Assembly (NCBI GenBank): GCA_002269645.1
Contig: NIVC01000330.1
Span: forward strand, 62,001 to 126,000
From: Macrostomum lignano
Lineage: Eukaryota
Reading direction: 5' to 3'
DNA length: 64,000 nucleotides
Shown here: piece by piece, positions 1-64,000 of the stretch
How positions within the stretch are numbered: the stretch's first letter is position 1
Layout: each line of letters starts with the position of its first letter
Translations under genes and position numbers: made by a program
The notes under the pieces: generated by a model
What the model was told of the DNA's origin: nothing
The model's input: only the letters and a program-made list of their open reading frames with translations
The model's database searches: none

Positions 1-2659
1 CAATGCTATTAATAATGTTCATATTGACTGCATGACAGTTGTTGATAAAGCTGAACAGCAGCTGGTAGTGCTTAGGCGTGGGCTGTCTAATAAAGACCCA
101 GAAACCGCAAATCTGCATACAGACGTATTGGATACCATTGATCTGTTTCGATTCAGTGAACAGAGTGCCTTCATCGCTGATGCAGTGGGTCTTCTGCACC
201 TTGGCACTGTTTTCGCCTGACGCCGGCCAACACCTGTACTTATAGTTGGCGTCGCGCCATGTGTCCATAGCGGCGTGCCAAGTGCCATTGTGTTCGCACG
301 AGTGTTTTACAAATAGGGCACCAGATCTTGTTCGGAGGCACTTGTACATCAGCATCCCGTTGGACCAGTACTCTCGGTCAATAGGCAGAACAGTGAATGC
401 ACCTTCGTCGTCCCTGTACCAGCAAGCTACACTTGTACTCCATTCGTACCGTCCTCTGCGTTCGTTGAAGTCGCATCGCAGAACGCGGTTTTTTGCAGCG
501 CTTGCGACAGAGCCGTTTCGTGACAATATGCTGCTCGGCGAAACGGTTGAGTTAGTCCCGCTTGGTGCTTGCAGCCAGCAGCCGGCATCAATTGTTGTCA
601 CTCCGCCACTGGAGGTCGAGACGCACTGCTTAGTCAATCCTGTAGTCTCTTCTGTCCATACATCTCCCTCAATGTAAATGCGACGATTGGCTTGAGAGAA
701 GCAGACAAGCATTTTGAGATTGGGTTCACTGTAGCGTCGATACTCGCAAATAGCCGCCGCAGTGCCAGAGTGATTGTAAACAGAGCTGAATTTTCTTATA
801 ACAATAGATTGATTCTGATGGTCGCTGAACCAGCAACCCACCGGCTTGACCCAAGAATAAGCCGCACCGCTTCCTTGCCTATCATTGTGTGCACACTCCC
901 AGACAATTCCGTCCTCCGAATGTTTTCTGGTTCCAGGTGAAACAATACCCGTTTCCAGCGGACAGCCGAATACGATCCACTTAGCGTCGACGCCATCGGA
1001 ATAAGTTGCAGCCGGATCGCACTCTTGAATCGTAGAACCGATTTTGATTCTCTCTTTTGGAAATGCAATTTGAGAACTGCTCCAGTTTAGCAATGATGCT
1101 TGGCTATCCTTAAAGCACACCTCGACAGTAAACTCCACGCGACGTGAGTATCTTTTCTTTCGGCAAGTTGCAACAGTCTGATTCCTCGTAAGCTGAAAAG
1201 CTTCTCCATTAGCTATTGTGATGCGTTGTCCACTAGAGTCATGCATCCAGCATCCCGCAATTTCTTCAAAATTGTACTCTCTCCGGTAGCTATTGTAGCT
1301 GCATTCATAAACAAGTAATTCTTTATCAAAATACAAAGCTCCAGGAGCCACTTTGTCGTCACCAACCTTGTTATAACATCCCCGGAGGATAGTTTCCGCC
1401 CCGACGCCGAACTTAGAGGACTGATCGGCCATCGGAATGCACGTCCGATTGAATCCACTGTCGTCAGTCCAGTTCTCGTAAGGTAGTCTATATTTGGCGC
1501 CCTTGCCAACATTTTTAAAGCAGACCATCTCGAGGAGAGCGACTTCTTCGCGATAACGCCGTTTTTCACATTTTGCTATGCAAGTTCCATCACTGAGACA
1601 AATTTTATCGCCAACATTCATATTTCCCCTGAAATTGATAAGGCTTTGAAACTGGGGGTCCTTCGGCCAGCATCCCACAGCCTCAAACCATCCGTACTCT
1701 GACCTGTACCTATTAAAGGCGCATCGCCAAACACTTCCATCTTCCATTCTTGCCACAGACCCTGGGTTAAAATGACTTCCATTATGATTGCAAGCTCGCA
1801 AAATGACTCGAGCGCTGAGCAGCTCCGATGGTTTGGCAGGCAGACACTCCCTCTGGATGCCGTCACTGTCAGTCCAATTGCTGCCAGCAGAGCGAAATAC
1901 AACACCAGTGGTGCCATTTTCGATGCACATGTAATGCACCAAGGCCTCTCCGCTGTATCTCTGTCGACAGGTAGCAAACTTTTCCCGAATACTTTGCAAG
2001 GATATGAAGTACTCGTCTCCGAAATTGAGCTGATCATACCTGCCTAGTTTTTTAGGATTTTCCAGCCAACAGCCAATAGCCTCCAATAAGTAACGAGGAT
2101 TTTTTAGATTTCTACCATTGAATTTGCACTTGCTAATAAGACCATTCAGGCTTAGTTCAGTTGATTCTGGATCAATCAATTCACCTGTTATCGATGAGTT
2201 GCAGCCATATAGAATTACTCGTGAACCTTCCTCAAAGTCTCTTGAGTTAGCCGATGAGGCATTGGTACAGGTGTACTTGAAGCCATCACTGCCAGTCCAC
2301 ACTTCGCCGGGCCATCGAATAATGCCATTTTCATTGCTGGAGTCATTCGCAGCAACAAAGCAAGCAAGGTACACAAGAACTGTGTCGTACCTGCCTCTTC
2401 TGCACTGGGCAACGTCCCGACCGCTGGGGTGAATATACTTCTCTTTGAACTCCAATTCAATGGTAGCATTAGTGTCTCTGTCCAGCGAACGCAGCCAACA
2501 AGCAGCGCCGAAATGCCACTCGTTGGTGCCGGTGGTGTTTAGGCATCGATGCACCAAGCCTTTCGTATCGTCAAGAATCTTCTCTGTCAGGTTGCAAGCG
2601 CTGCAGCCTGAGAAATGTAAAGTTGCTACTAGTAACACACTAAGTGTAATCCGCAGCAT
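1..2659 (-). CDS. Secreted cysteine-rich repeat protein, >=886 aa, intronless here, 3' end beyond window edge
   Basis: Hand translation of the minus strand from ATG at 2659 (in-frame TGA just upstream) finds no stop to base 1. N-terminus MLRITLSVLLVATLHFSGCSA is signal-peptide-like. (G/A)CW motif recurs about every 410 nt (~2500, 2070, 1675, 1255, 835, 425); many N-x-S/T sites. Confidence 0.85.
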   Translation of the reverse strand, partial: MLRITLSVLLVATLHFSGCSACNLTEKILDDTKGLVHRCLNTTGTNEWHFGAACWLRSLDRDTNATIELEFKEKYIHPSGRDVAQCRRGRYDTVLVYLACFVAANDSSNENGIIRWPGEVWTGSDGFKYTCTNASSANSRDFEEGSRVILYGCNSSITGELIDPESTELSLNGLISKCKFNGRNLKNPRYLLEAIGCWLENPKKLGRYDQLNFGDEYFISLQSIREKFATCRQRYSGEALVHYMCIENGTTGVVFRSAGSNWTDSDGIQRECLPAKPSELLSARVILRACNHNGSHFNPGSVARMEDGSVWRCAFNRYRSEYGWFEAVGCWPKDPQFQSLINFRGNMNVGDKICLSDGTCIAKCEKRRYREEVALLEMVCFKNVGKGAKYRLPYENWTDDSGFNRTCIPMADQSSKFGVGAETILRGCYNKVGDDKVAPGALYFDKELLVYECSYNSYRREYNFEEIAGCWMHDSSGQRITIANGEAFQLTRNQTVATCRKKRYSRRVEFTVEVCFKDSQASLLNWSSSQIAFPKERIKIGSTIQECDPAATYSDGVDAKWIVFGCPLETGIVSPGTRKHSEDGIVWECAHNDRQGSGAAYSWVKPVGCWFSDHQNQSIVIRKFSSVYNHSGTAAAICEYRRYSEPNLKMLVCFSQANRRIYIEGDVWTEETTGLTKQCVSTSSGGVTTIDAGCWLQAPSGTNSTVSPSSILSRNGSVASAAKNRVLRCDFNERRGRYEWSTSVACWYRDDEGAFTVLPIDREYWSNGMLMYKCLRTRSGALFVKHSCEHNGTWHAAMDTWRDANYKYRCWPASGENSAKVQKTHCISDEGTLFTESKQINGIQYVCMQICGFWVFIRQPTPKHYQLLFSFINNCHAVNMNIINSI

Positions 2660-2755
2660 TTCGCTTCAAAAATCGACTGAACGTAAAGCTACGCTTGACA
2701 ACAAAGTCGTTGTTTCAAACGAAAAATTGGATTGAACTGTAGCTGTTGTTTACCG

Positions 2756-2761
2756 TTTATA
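2756..2761 (-). promoter_or_regulatory. Possible TATA box of the secreted-protein gene
   Basis: TATAAA on minus strand ~97 nt upstream of the ATG; motif only. Confidence 0.3.
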
Positions 2762-3194
2762 TTTGCTGAGATTTTCCGGTCCAGTGCTTTGAATCATTTC
2801 CGTTGACAGCATGAAGCGTGGATAATTTTTATGATAGCATAAACCTACTTTGTTACTTAAATATAAATACATGTAAACAATAGTCACATTCAAAGTTTAG
2901 TCGCAGATGCATTTGCAGGCAATAAAAAATGCGGGGCACGAAAAATTGCCTCGTCATCAACACGCTTTTCACGAAGACTAAATATGGAGGCTGTGTGTGG
3001 TTATTTGCTGGGCAATATTGGTTAATTGCAAGTAGCAGAACCTACTAGCTGGTGGTAAAAATTAATCAAGCAGCTAAAAGATGACTAGAATTTTAAGGTC
3101 TTATTCATAATCATAAGGGTTTTTTCCAACCAGTAATGTGAAATTTTGTGTATATTTTGGCTGCATAATAGTGCATTAACAGTAAAACTACCAA

Positions 3195-3507
3195 GGGGAA
3201 ATCCCCCCTGACAATGTTTTGCTGCTCCGGAACGGGGAAATCCCCCCTGACAATGTTTTGCTGCTCCGGAACGGGGAAATCCCCCCTGACAATGTTTTGC
3301 TGCTCCGGAACGGGGAAATCCCCCCTGACAATGTTTTGCTGCTCCGGAACGGGGAAATCCCCCTTGACAATGTTTTGCTGCTCCGGAACGGGGAAATCCC
3401 CCTGACAATGTTTTGCTGCTCCGGAACGGGGAAATCCCCCCTAACAATGTTTTGCTGCTCCGGAACGGGGAAATCCCCCCTGACAATGTTTTGCTGCTCC
3501 GGAACGG
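3195..3507. repeat. 39-bp minisatellite, ~8 copies
   Basis: Unit ggggaaatcccccctgacaatgttttgctgctccggaac. Confidence 0.95.
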
Positions 3508-3754
3508 AGCAACACGAAATTCAAGAACTAACTGGCAAACTTTTTGTTGCGCACCTTCTCAAACAAGAATCAATTTTCCAGCCCATCCGGACCGTCGAGA
3601 TATTCAAATATTCTACCAGGTCGGATGTTCTCCAATAAGCGCTAGTGCAATTAATACACCCCTGTGTACCATTCAGCACTGCGCCTCAGTTCGGCCCTGC
3701 CAAGCCTATAAATTTGATCGACGACAAATGTTTGCATCAGCCCTGACATCGCTG

Positions 3755-5121
3755 GTCACTGACCTTCACGCAGGCTGAGCTTCTGGACCTTCAACAGGTG
3801 GCACCAGGCGACAATGGACACCTATTGCGAAATTCTCTGATGTCTCAACAGTGATCAAGCCTCAACAGTAAGCAAGCCTCGCTATGTATCCTCAACTAGT
3901 CTTTCAAGCATTTAGTTGTCATACAGACGCCGTCGCCTCCTTCAACGGTCGACAACGGTATCTTGAATTTCGTGTGCCTCCGGTGCTCTATTCCGGCGCA
4001 GCAAAAATGTCAGGCTATGGTAGTTCGATGGGTGGAAAAATGGCTTGGTGTGATTGGGAGCGCCACATGCAAGGCAAAGACCACGCCGCCTACGTTGGGG
4101 CATGGAAGTTAGTCTTCCACCTCATCCCGAGGAAAAAGCGCAACGCCGGCGGTGAGCAGCGCCGAGACGATCCCGAGAGCCCGGATAGCTCTGAGGGCGA
4201 GACTTAAGCTGTTCTCGACCCGCCATGCCCAGATCATCAATGATGAGGCGTGACCGTCTGAGGACCAACCCGGCGGGTGGGTCCAATGATGTCACTGACC
4301 TTCACGCAGGCTGAGCTTCTGGACCTTCAACAGGTGGCACCAGGCGACAATGGACACCTATTGCGAAATTCTCTGATGTCTCAACAGTGATCAAGCCTCA
4401 ACAGTAAGCAAGCCTCGCTATGTATCCTCAATTAGTCTTTCAAGCATTTAGTTGTCATACAGACGCCGTCGCCTCCTTCAACGGTCGACAACGGTATCTT
4501 GAATTTCGTGTGCCTCCGGTGCTCTATTCCGGCGCAGCAAAAATGTCAGGCTATGGTAGTTCGATGGGTGGAAAAATGGCTTGGTGAGATTGGGAGCGCC
4601 ACATGCAAGGCAAAGACCACGCCGCCTACGTTGGGGCATGGAAGTTAGTCTTCCACCTCATCCCGAGGAAAAAGCGCAACGCCGGCGGTGAGCAGCGCCG
4701 AGACGATCCCGAGAGCCCGGATAGCTCTGAGGGCGAGACTTAAGCTGTTCTCGACCCGCCATGCCCAGATCATCAATGATGAGGCGTGACCGTCTGAGGA
4801 CCAACCCGGCGGGTGGGTCCAATGATGTCACTGACCTTCACGCAGGCTGAGCTTCTGGACCTTCAACAGGTGGCACCAGGCGACAATGGACACCTATTGC
4901 GAAATTCTCTGATGTCTCAACAGTGATCAAGCCTCAACAGTAAGCAAGCCTCGCTATGTATCCTCAATTAGTCTTTCAAGCATTTAGTTGTCATACAGAC
5001 GCCGTCGCCTCCTTCAACGGTCGACAACGGTATCTTGAATTTCGTGTGCCTCCGGTGCTCTATTCCGGCGCAGCAAAAATGTCAGGCTATGGTAGTTCGA
5101 TGGGTGGAAAAATGGCTTGGT
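3755..5121. repeat. 536-bp tandem duplication, ~2.55 near-identical copies
   Basis: gtcactgaccttcacgcagg starts at 3755, 4291 and 4827; only isolated substitutions between copies. Confidence 0.95.
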
Positions 5122-5676
5122 ATTTCTACTGTTAATACAATTATCAAGAGACATCAATTACATAAAAAACATATAAACAAAACGCAAGTGCTAAAGTACG
5201 AGTGCTTATTATGTAAAATTATGTACAAAGTAACTTGCTTTAATTCAAGTTGCACGATACAACCTGCACGATACTAAGGTAAGCAATGATTGCATTTGCA
5301 TGCAAGGGCACCTTACAAAGAAATATCGTGTAAAATGTTTCGATAATGAGAATTTAAATATGAATATCTCAACGATTAGTTTAATATTTTGCGGTTTCTA
5401 AGTCTGTATCCGTATGTCGGTGAAAAGGAACAGCTGAAGCAGTTCAATCAGTTCAATAAAATTTAACTGATAACGTGCTTTTACATTAGAAAGCTTATAA
5501 TAAAATAATACAATAATTAATACAATAGTTGAGAACAGACTACGTGCCTATAGCTGTAGAGACATACTGCAGAGAAAAAGCATATACCTCGCTAATGTGT
5601 TTCGATGCATATTTGCGTCCTCCTTAACGTAATTTTCAATAGTGGTCCTTGTTTGCATGCCAAACAAATGCCAAAG

Positions 5677-6180
5677 CTAAACAAAGATGACCGACAAAGG
5701 ATCTGTTCCAGAAAATTGCTGCTGCAGTCTAGCATTGTCATAGAGGCCGCTAGCCCAAGGTCTAAGAGGGACCTGTACGTGCATTGCCAGCGCGAGCGAC
5801 GGCAGCACAGGCGAACGGTGTCGGCGACACCGGTACCGCTGCAACTGAGCTCTCCGACTGGACCGGAAGCTCCTGTACTCTGCATCTTCGCATCTACTGC
5901 CATCTTCGAAGGGAAGACCCGTTGCAGTCGTGTATTTCCTACTGCTGCGGTCTCTTGAGCCTCTGCCATCGGAAGCGCTACTAGTATTAAACCAGCAAGC
6001 CAGGCCTGCCAAGACCAAACAGGCGAGGCTCAGACCGGTCAGGAAGACGCCTAAGTCCGTTCGACGTTGGTCGCCATCGGTGTAGCCGCCACCCCAGGTG
6101 GCGCCGCCCACAATAAACAGCACGCTACCAGCTAGGGTGAGCGCCATTGTTACTGGCGTACGTTGCGTAAAACAGACCAT
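5677..6180 (-). CDS. Hypothetical 167-aa protein with two N-terminal hydrophobic (TM-like) segments
   Basis: GC-rich ORF in AT-rich flanks; hydrophobic stretches MALTLAGSVLFIVGGATW and LGVFLTGLSLACLVLAGLACWF; no recognised family. Confidence 0.5.
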   Translation of the reverse strand: MVCFTQRTPVTMALTLAGSVLFIVGGATWGGGYTDGDQRRTDLGVFLTGLSLACLVLAGLACWFNTSSASDGRGSRDRSSRKYTTATGLPFEDGSRCEDAEYRSFRSSRRAQLQRYRCRRHRSPVLPSLALAMHVQVPLRPWASGLYDNARLQQQFSGTDPLSVIFV

Positions 6181-6978
6181 TTCTTATCGAAAAATTAACA
6201 AAGCGGACTGTGGTTACAGCATGGTGTAATGCAACGCTTGTAAGTTTCAATGCAAAATAGCATGCACGTGGTTGTAACAGCTTGACACGTCGAAAGTGGA
6301 ATGTTTTTACGCTTATTTTTATAACAATGCCTTCATATCCAGGAAACAGTGCTATGCATTGGATTCTTACTTTCTGATTTATTGAACTTCTAAGGTCTTT
6401 CCCACGATCTCAACTTTGAGCCGTTGGACGGAGTTTCTGTTCCTATAAGGCCACCAGGGACGTAAGGTATTCAGGCTGTTGAATACACAATTCACAGTCA
6501 CGTGATCACCAGGTGCAGCCTAGAGAAAGAAAAAGAGAATTACTCTTAATCTTAGTACCCTTTTGCTACCTTTGCATTCAGAAATAAGAAATTACAAGAT
6601 TGGATGGTTGGGGAACTGTAGGGCCGCCGTCAGTATCAGTAGTCGGCCATTTCTCGTCGATCTAATCTATACGTCATAGGCCATTCTTCCATTTCCAAGA
6701 ACAATAGAAACCACGAAGGAAGAAGGAACGGACCGAAGAAGACTACCGTACCGATTCTTCCGGCTCTTTGCCACAATGTTATTGTAGTATATAGCTTTGG
6801 GGCAATTCTCGCATTTTTGATAGATAGATTAATTTGGCTCCGAAATTGTTATTTGTTTTGGTTTGGCTCCGAAATTGAAATGGCTCCTATGTCCTATAAA
6901 CTATTTATTAAACCGGCCTCCGCTTTTTTTGAAACTTTATTGTAGTTAAACAATGCAATTGGCGCTACAGTATCTGAA

Positions 6979-7060
6979 GTCGCGATGGCCGAGTGGTTAA
7001 GGCGTTGGACTAGAAATCAAATGGGGTTTCCCCGCGCAGGTTCGAATCCTGCTTGCGACG
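6979..7060 (+). tRNA. tRNA-Ser(AGA)
   Basis: 82 nt; acceptor stem GTCGCGA/TTGCGAC, D-arm TGGCCGAGTGGTTAAGGC, anticodon AGA at 7012-7014, long variable arm, T-loop GGTTCGAATCC. One mismatch in the anticodon stem. Confidence 0.9.
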
Positions 7061-7062
7061 AA

Positions 7063-7068
7063 TTTTTT
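7063..7068 (+). terminator. Pol III terminator (T6) of tRNA-Ser
   Basis: T run 2 nt after the tRNA discriminator base. Confidence 0.7.
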
Positions 7069-8544
7069 ATTGCTCTCCCGGCTATTTGCTTATAAAAGTC
7101 AGGGAAGATTTTGAAAAATATACAAAGGCAAGCAAGACTGTGCACTGTGGTACATATATCTGAATTTGTCTGAATTATTTACTTCTAAAGTATTATAACA
7201 TAATGGCAATCACAAATTCTGATTTTGCTAATTCAGTTTTGTAAAAACACAACATATCGCCAAACGGAGTAACAATCACAAATCCGAAAATTCACAACTT
7301 GCACAGTAAATACTTAAACTTAAATGAAACGTATTACTAAAATTTTGGCTTTATTCTGAAGTAAATTCAGTGTACCAACAAAAAACAACTATTTGTTTTT
7401 CCGCTTGTTAATGTGCAAATTAGAATTTCGATATTGTAGGAAATCTTTTATTACGAGGAAGAACATCTGTTGGGAGACAAAATTTTGCGGCAAGCGATGA
7501 AACTGCCCATCAGAGTGTAAAACTAAAAAGGGTTTTCAATTTAACACAGAGTAAAGTGGCTACTGAATATTTGAAAATGTGTTCCAGCTGTCATTAGCAT
7601 TAAGAATTCATAGTGAACTACGATTTCCAAAGCACTGAGCACCATGCAGTAAAGCCATAGGCGACAAATGTTTAGCTTTTGCACCTCTTCAGTAAATATT
7701 TTTGCATTAGATTGAGAAATATTGCTTTTGATAGGCCTTGTCAATTCGATAGAAACATTTAAAGCATATTTTAGACACATTGCATAAATATAAACTAATG
7801 TAGCTTAATCAATCAATACCTTTCAATTTTTAAAAAAAATTACAAACTAATTTTTGTTAAATATTCAAGAGTTAGAGCTATAATATTGTTTTAATTCAAT
7901 GACTAAATCCATTTAACACTGTCATCCTCATTGCCTTGAAGATACAATGTTTTTACTATAGTCTTAATAGTTTACTTTATTGTCTTGCCTTAATAAACTC
8001 TGAGTCTTAGACTTAAAACTGCTTTACTATTTACAAAAAAGATCTATTATATAATATAACTAAAATTAAATTCTTTCAGTTCACTAATGATCAAAATAGC
8101 CATATGTATATATACTTATCTATATTAGTTGCTATTAAATAATTACATTTAATAATTTTATATCACATTTTAATTTCTACTCTATATTTTGTATCACCTG
8201 ACTATGATGAATTAGGCCTTGGTGAGTTATTATTAATATTTAAAAAATTTAATCAATATGATAAAAATGCTTCATTTACCTAGTTCTATCTAACTAAATT
8301 AGAATTCTAATCTAAACTAGTTATAAAAAATAACAACATTTTTCATTGTCAAGGTAATAAAATCTAGCAAATATTTTTTTATTTTATTTTACTATTTTGA
8401 AGTTAAGTAATTTCAAGCAATTATAACATAATTTTTCTCTTTGAATATACCTAGTCTATGTGAGAATTTCAAACACTTTCTACACCAATAAACCAAACAA
8501 TTTCTTATCAATTCCACCTGCCAAGTAGTCTGAATCAACACCAG

Positions 8545-61429
<52,885 letters not shown>

Positions 61430-62753
61430 TAACGGCCAACGGCATGGGAGACGACCGATCCAGTTTGCGCAGAAACCTGCTGGATTTCCAATAATTAATT
61501 GAATTCCAATTTCGGAAAGCACTTTCATATAATCTTATTTCATTCTTATTTTGTTTTATAATTATGAAAACGCCATAGTTTTCTTATCGCTCAGCTATAG
61601 TACCGCAATATTACAGTATGTAACCGGACTCAAAGCTTCACCCAGACTTTTTGTAATCTATTTATAGCTAAAGTGAACAGTACTAACTGGTAATGCAATG
61701 CTATGAGTTGAATACTGCAGCATTGTAAAAAACTTTTACCCAGACACAATGACAAGTCAAAAATTACACCATTCAGCGACTCCAGCGGCAGATTTTTCCA
61801 ATTGATAAGAGCAGGCACACTGCTATGCTTTTATTCGACTAATTAAAAATTTATGACTGAGTTATAGACTCGCCCATTATCTTAGCTGATTGTCAATTCA
61901 ACTGGTCCTCGACACTCCTAACTGTAATCAATGTACATCATACTCTCTGCCCAAGTTCACCCACCCCATCTCTCGTCCAATCAAATCAAATTTAAAAGTG
62001 CGTTAAAATGACCGGGTGCTGGGTAAAAATGGTATACAATGCGCTTGTATAGCACATGAATGTTGCATTGTTGAATCATAGCCAGTGCTTTGGCTATTAT
62101 TTAACTCCGCAACATACTATACAATCTACCATTGCTCACACTATATTGACCTTAGTATGGTTCTAGTATGTCTAGTCTCCCTAGCAAATTCTTAATGACT
62201 CCGAACGACAATTTCCTGTGGCAAAAAACTGCCGGGTACCTGTACGCTTGTAGAAGCATCGATGCAGGAGTTCCTGAGGTCCGGAAATGCGGGCGGGACC
62301 CCGCTTTGTTATCGCAGTGAAATTGTACCGGACATGTAGGCTGGGCTGCCTACATGTCACTCAGTTTGCCTTAGTAAGTCGGAACCTGCGGGTCGTTTCC
62401 TGAACCCCTCCTTTCTTTTCATCTCGCTTATAATTTTCTTTTTCCTGCGTTTCCTGAATGCCAACGAATTTGTACATTCGTAGTAGCCTAAGCTTAGTCG
62501 GTGAGACGATGTAGGATCCTGTCAGGACATCTTATATCGAATAGATTACAAGTTGCTATATGTAGAGAAGGCGCTTGCAGTTCTAAATTGAGTAGAATGG
62601 GGTGATAATTTCGGGGTGTTTAGATTGATTGAGTAGAAAGGTTAATTGCGGTTCCAGGGTGACTAGAAGACGTGACAATAATTCCAGAGTGACTAGAAAT
62701 GTTAATTATAGTTTCAGAGGGACTAGAAGCGTTAATTGTAGTTCTAAAGTGAC

Positions 62754-63063
62754 TAATAATAATAATAATAATTGATTACACCCACCCCAATTAGGCCAGA
62801 TGTGCAACCCACAGCTCAGCCGCAGCCATTGCTCGGCGCATCTGAAGGCTGCGTACGGCTGTTCAGTCCAAGGACTGGGGGTCGCCACGCACACCCTCAA
62901 TTACCCCAGCTAATGCTGGCACCCATTTTACAGCTGGGTGAGCTGAAGCAATGCAGAGTTTAAGTGTCTTGCTCAAGGAGACAAATTGTTCCAGTGGGAT
63001 CGGGAATCGAACCCCCGACCTTCAAGTTGTGAGTCCGACGCTCTAACCACTAGGCTACAACCC
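62754..63063 (-). mobile_element. CORE (MIR-like) tRNA-derived SINE with (TTA)n tail
   Basis: Minus-strand head tagcctagtggttagagc...ggttcgattcc. Plus-strand cccattttacagctgggtgagctgaagc...taagtgtcttgctcaagg resembles the MIR core (recalled). (TAA)n run at 62754-62772. Confidence 0.75.
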
Positions 63064-63839
63064 TAACAAACAGAAAGTTTAATAATAGTTCTTAGAGTGA
63101 CTATAGAAAGATTACTTTTAGTTCCATAGTGACTACAAACGTTAATTTTTGTTCTAGAGTGACTAGACGGGGTGCTAAAATGTTTTAACTTGCAAGAAAA
63201 ACGCAACTGATGCAGAAATTAGAATCTATTCTACGGCTCGTAGTATCGAGTTAATTTGGAAGTGACAGGTTCATTTTTATACAATTCGCCTGGCTTTCGA
63301 AAGGCCAATTAGCTAGCTATATGCGGACTGAGGTTGTCAGTCAAATTCACGAGCTGCTGAGCAATCTGGGGAGAATAAATTTAATGGAATATTTGCCACC
63401 GACTGATGGAATTTGTTAAGAAAAAAACAATTTCGTCAGTATTCGCGCATCTTCATCTCGCTACTGACCACAGACTATCAGTAGCAATACGCGCGCACTT
63501 CATTTATAATTATAATAGAGACTTGCATATAAAATTTTCCAATCTATTAAATATCTTGAGCCGCACTCAATGCTGGCACTAATAGATGATGATAAGACTT
63601 TACAACGAATATTAACTATTTTGTCGGCATATGTAATCACTACCAGTTAATAAAGTATTTGTCATTTTACAATATATATATATGAAGGCTAAATATACGC
63701 AGAAAGTCTCCATTGCGTGGAATTCACTGTGTCATTGACAAGTTTCTGTGGCACAAACCTTCTTGGCATTTGCTTATTTGACTTAATTATGAAAGCTAGC
63801 TGTGGAAGTTTTCTACTTAGTCCTTAGATGTAAACATAA

Positions 63840-64000
63840 TTCTCAGTCATATAATACAGTCCCCAGTCATATAATACAGTCCTCAGTCATATAATACAGT
63901 CCTCAGTCATATCATACAGTCCTCAGTCATATAATACAGTCCTCAGTCATATAATACAGTCCTCAGTCATATCATACAGTCCTCAGTCATATCATATAGT
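63840..64000. repeat. 20-bp minisatellite running off the window
   Basis: Unit cctcagtcatataatacagt. Confidence 0.93.

Noticed and set aside
19-2735. Short ORFs listed in the track over 1-2.7 kb
   Set aside because: They are off-frame or antisense shadows of the single long minus-strand ORF 2659->1.
3195-3507. CRISPR-like array (partly palindromic 39-bp repeats), and similar arrays elsewhere
   Set aside because: Units are head-to-tail with no unique spacers, there are no cas genes, and the context is eukaryotic.
3884-4207. 107-aa ORF in the 536-bp repeat with a WERHMQGKDH (U1-type Zn-finger-like) tail
   Set aside because: The C-x2-C half (FVCLRC) is in another frame, copy 2 has a TGA, and there is no other coding support.
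62985-63063. Functional tRNA gene on the minus strand
   Set aside because: Acceptor and anticodon stems pair poorly, there is no T-run terminator, and it continues into a CORE domain, so it is a SINE head.

Overview
Eukaryotic (metazoan) genomic DNA, not prokaryotic. GC-rich exons with poly-Q/poly-A tracts sit in introns packed with minisatellites and (TGTC)n. This style resembles the flatworm Macrostomum, but the species is only inferred. About 53 kb (8.5-61.4 kb, + strand) is one multi-exon MPDZ/PATJ-family scaffold gene. I reconstructed about 27 phase-consistent exons encoding an L27 domain plus 10 PDZ domains. The left end holds an intronless minus-strand ORF of at least 886 codons that the ORF track missed because it runs off the window; it encodes a signal peptide plus ~140-aa six-cysteine repeats. 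Also present: a small 2-TM ORF, tRNA-Ser(AGA), two tRNA-derived SINEs (one CORE/MIR-like), two copies of a hAT/Charlie-type MITE and about 30 distinct tandem arrays. Main leads: (1) a 5'-truncated zinc-finger LINE fragment with a perfect 15-bp TSD inserted inside a coding exon; (2) almost every long intron has its own minisatellite starting within ~200 bp of the splice donor; (3) several candidate internal first exons and a 21-nt microexon that would give nested PDZ-truncated isoforms; (4) an L27 exon with no ATG, possibly supplied by spliced-leader trans-splicing; (5) a missing PDZ7-equivalent module. All splice models were made by hand and need RNA evidence.
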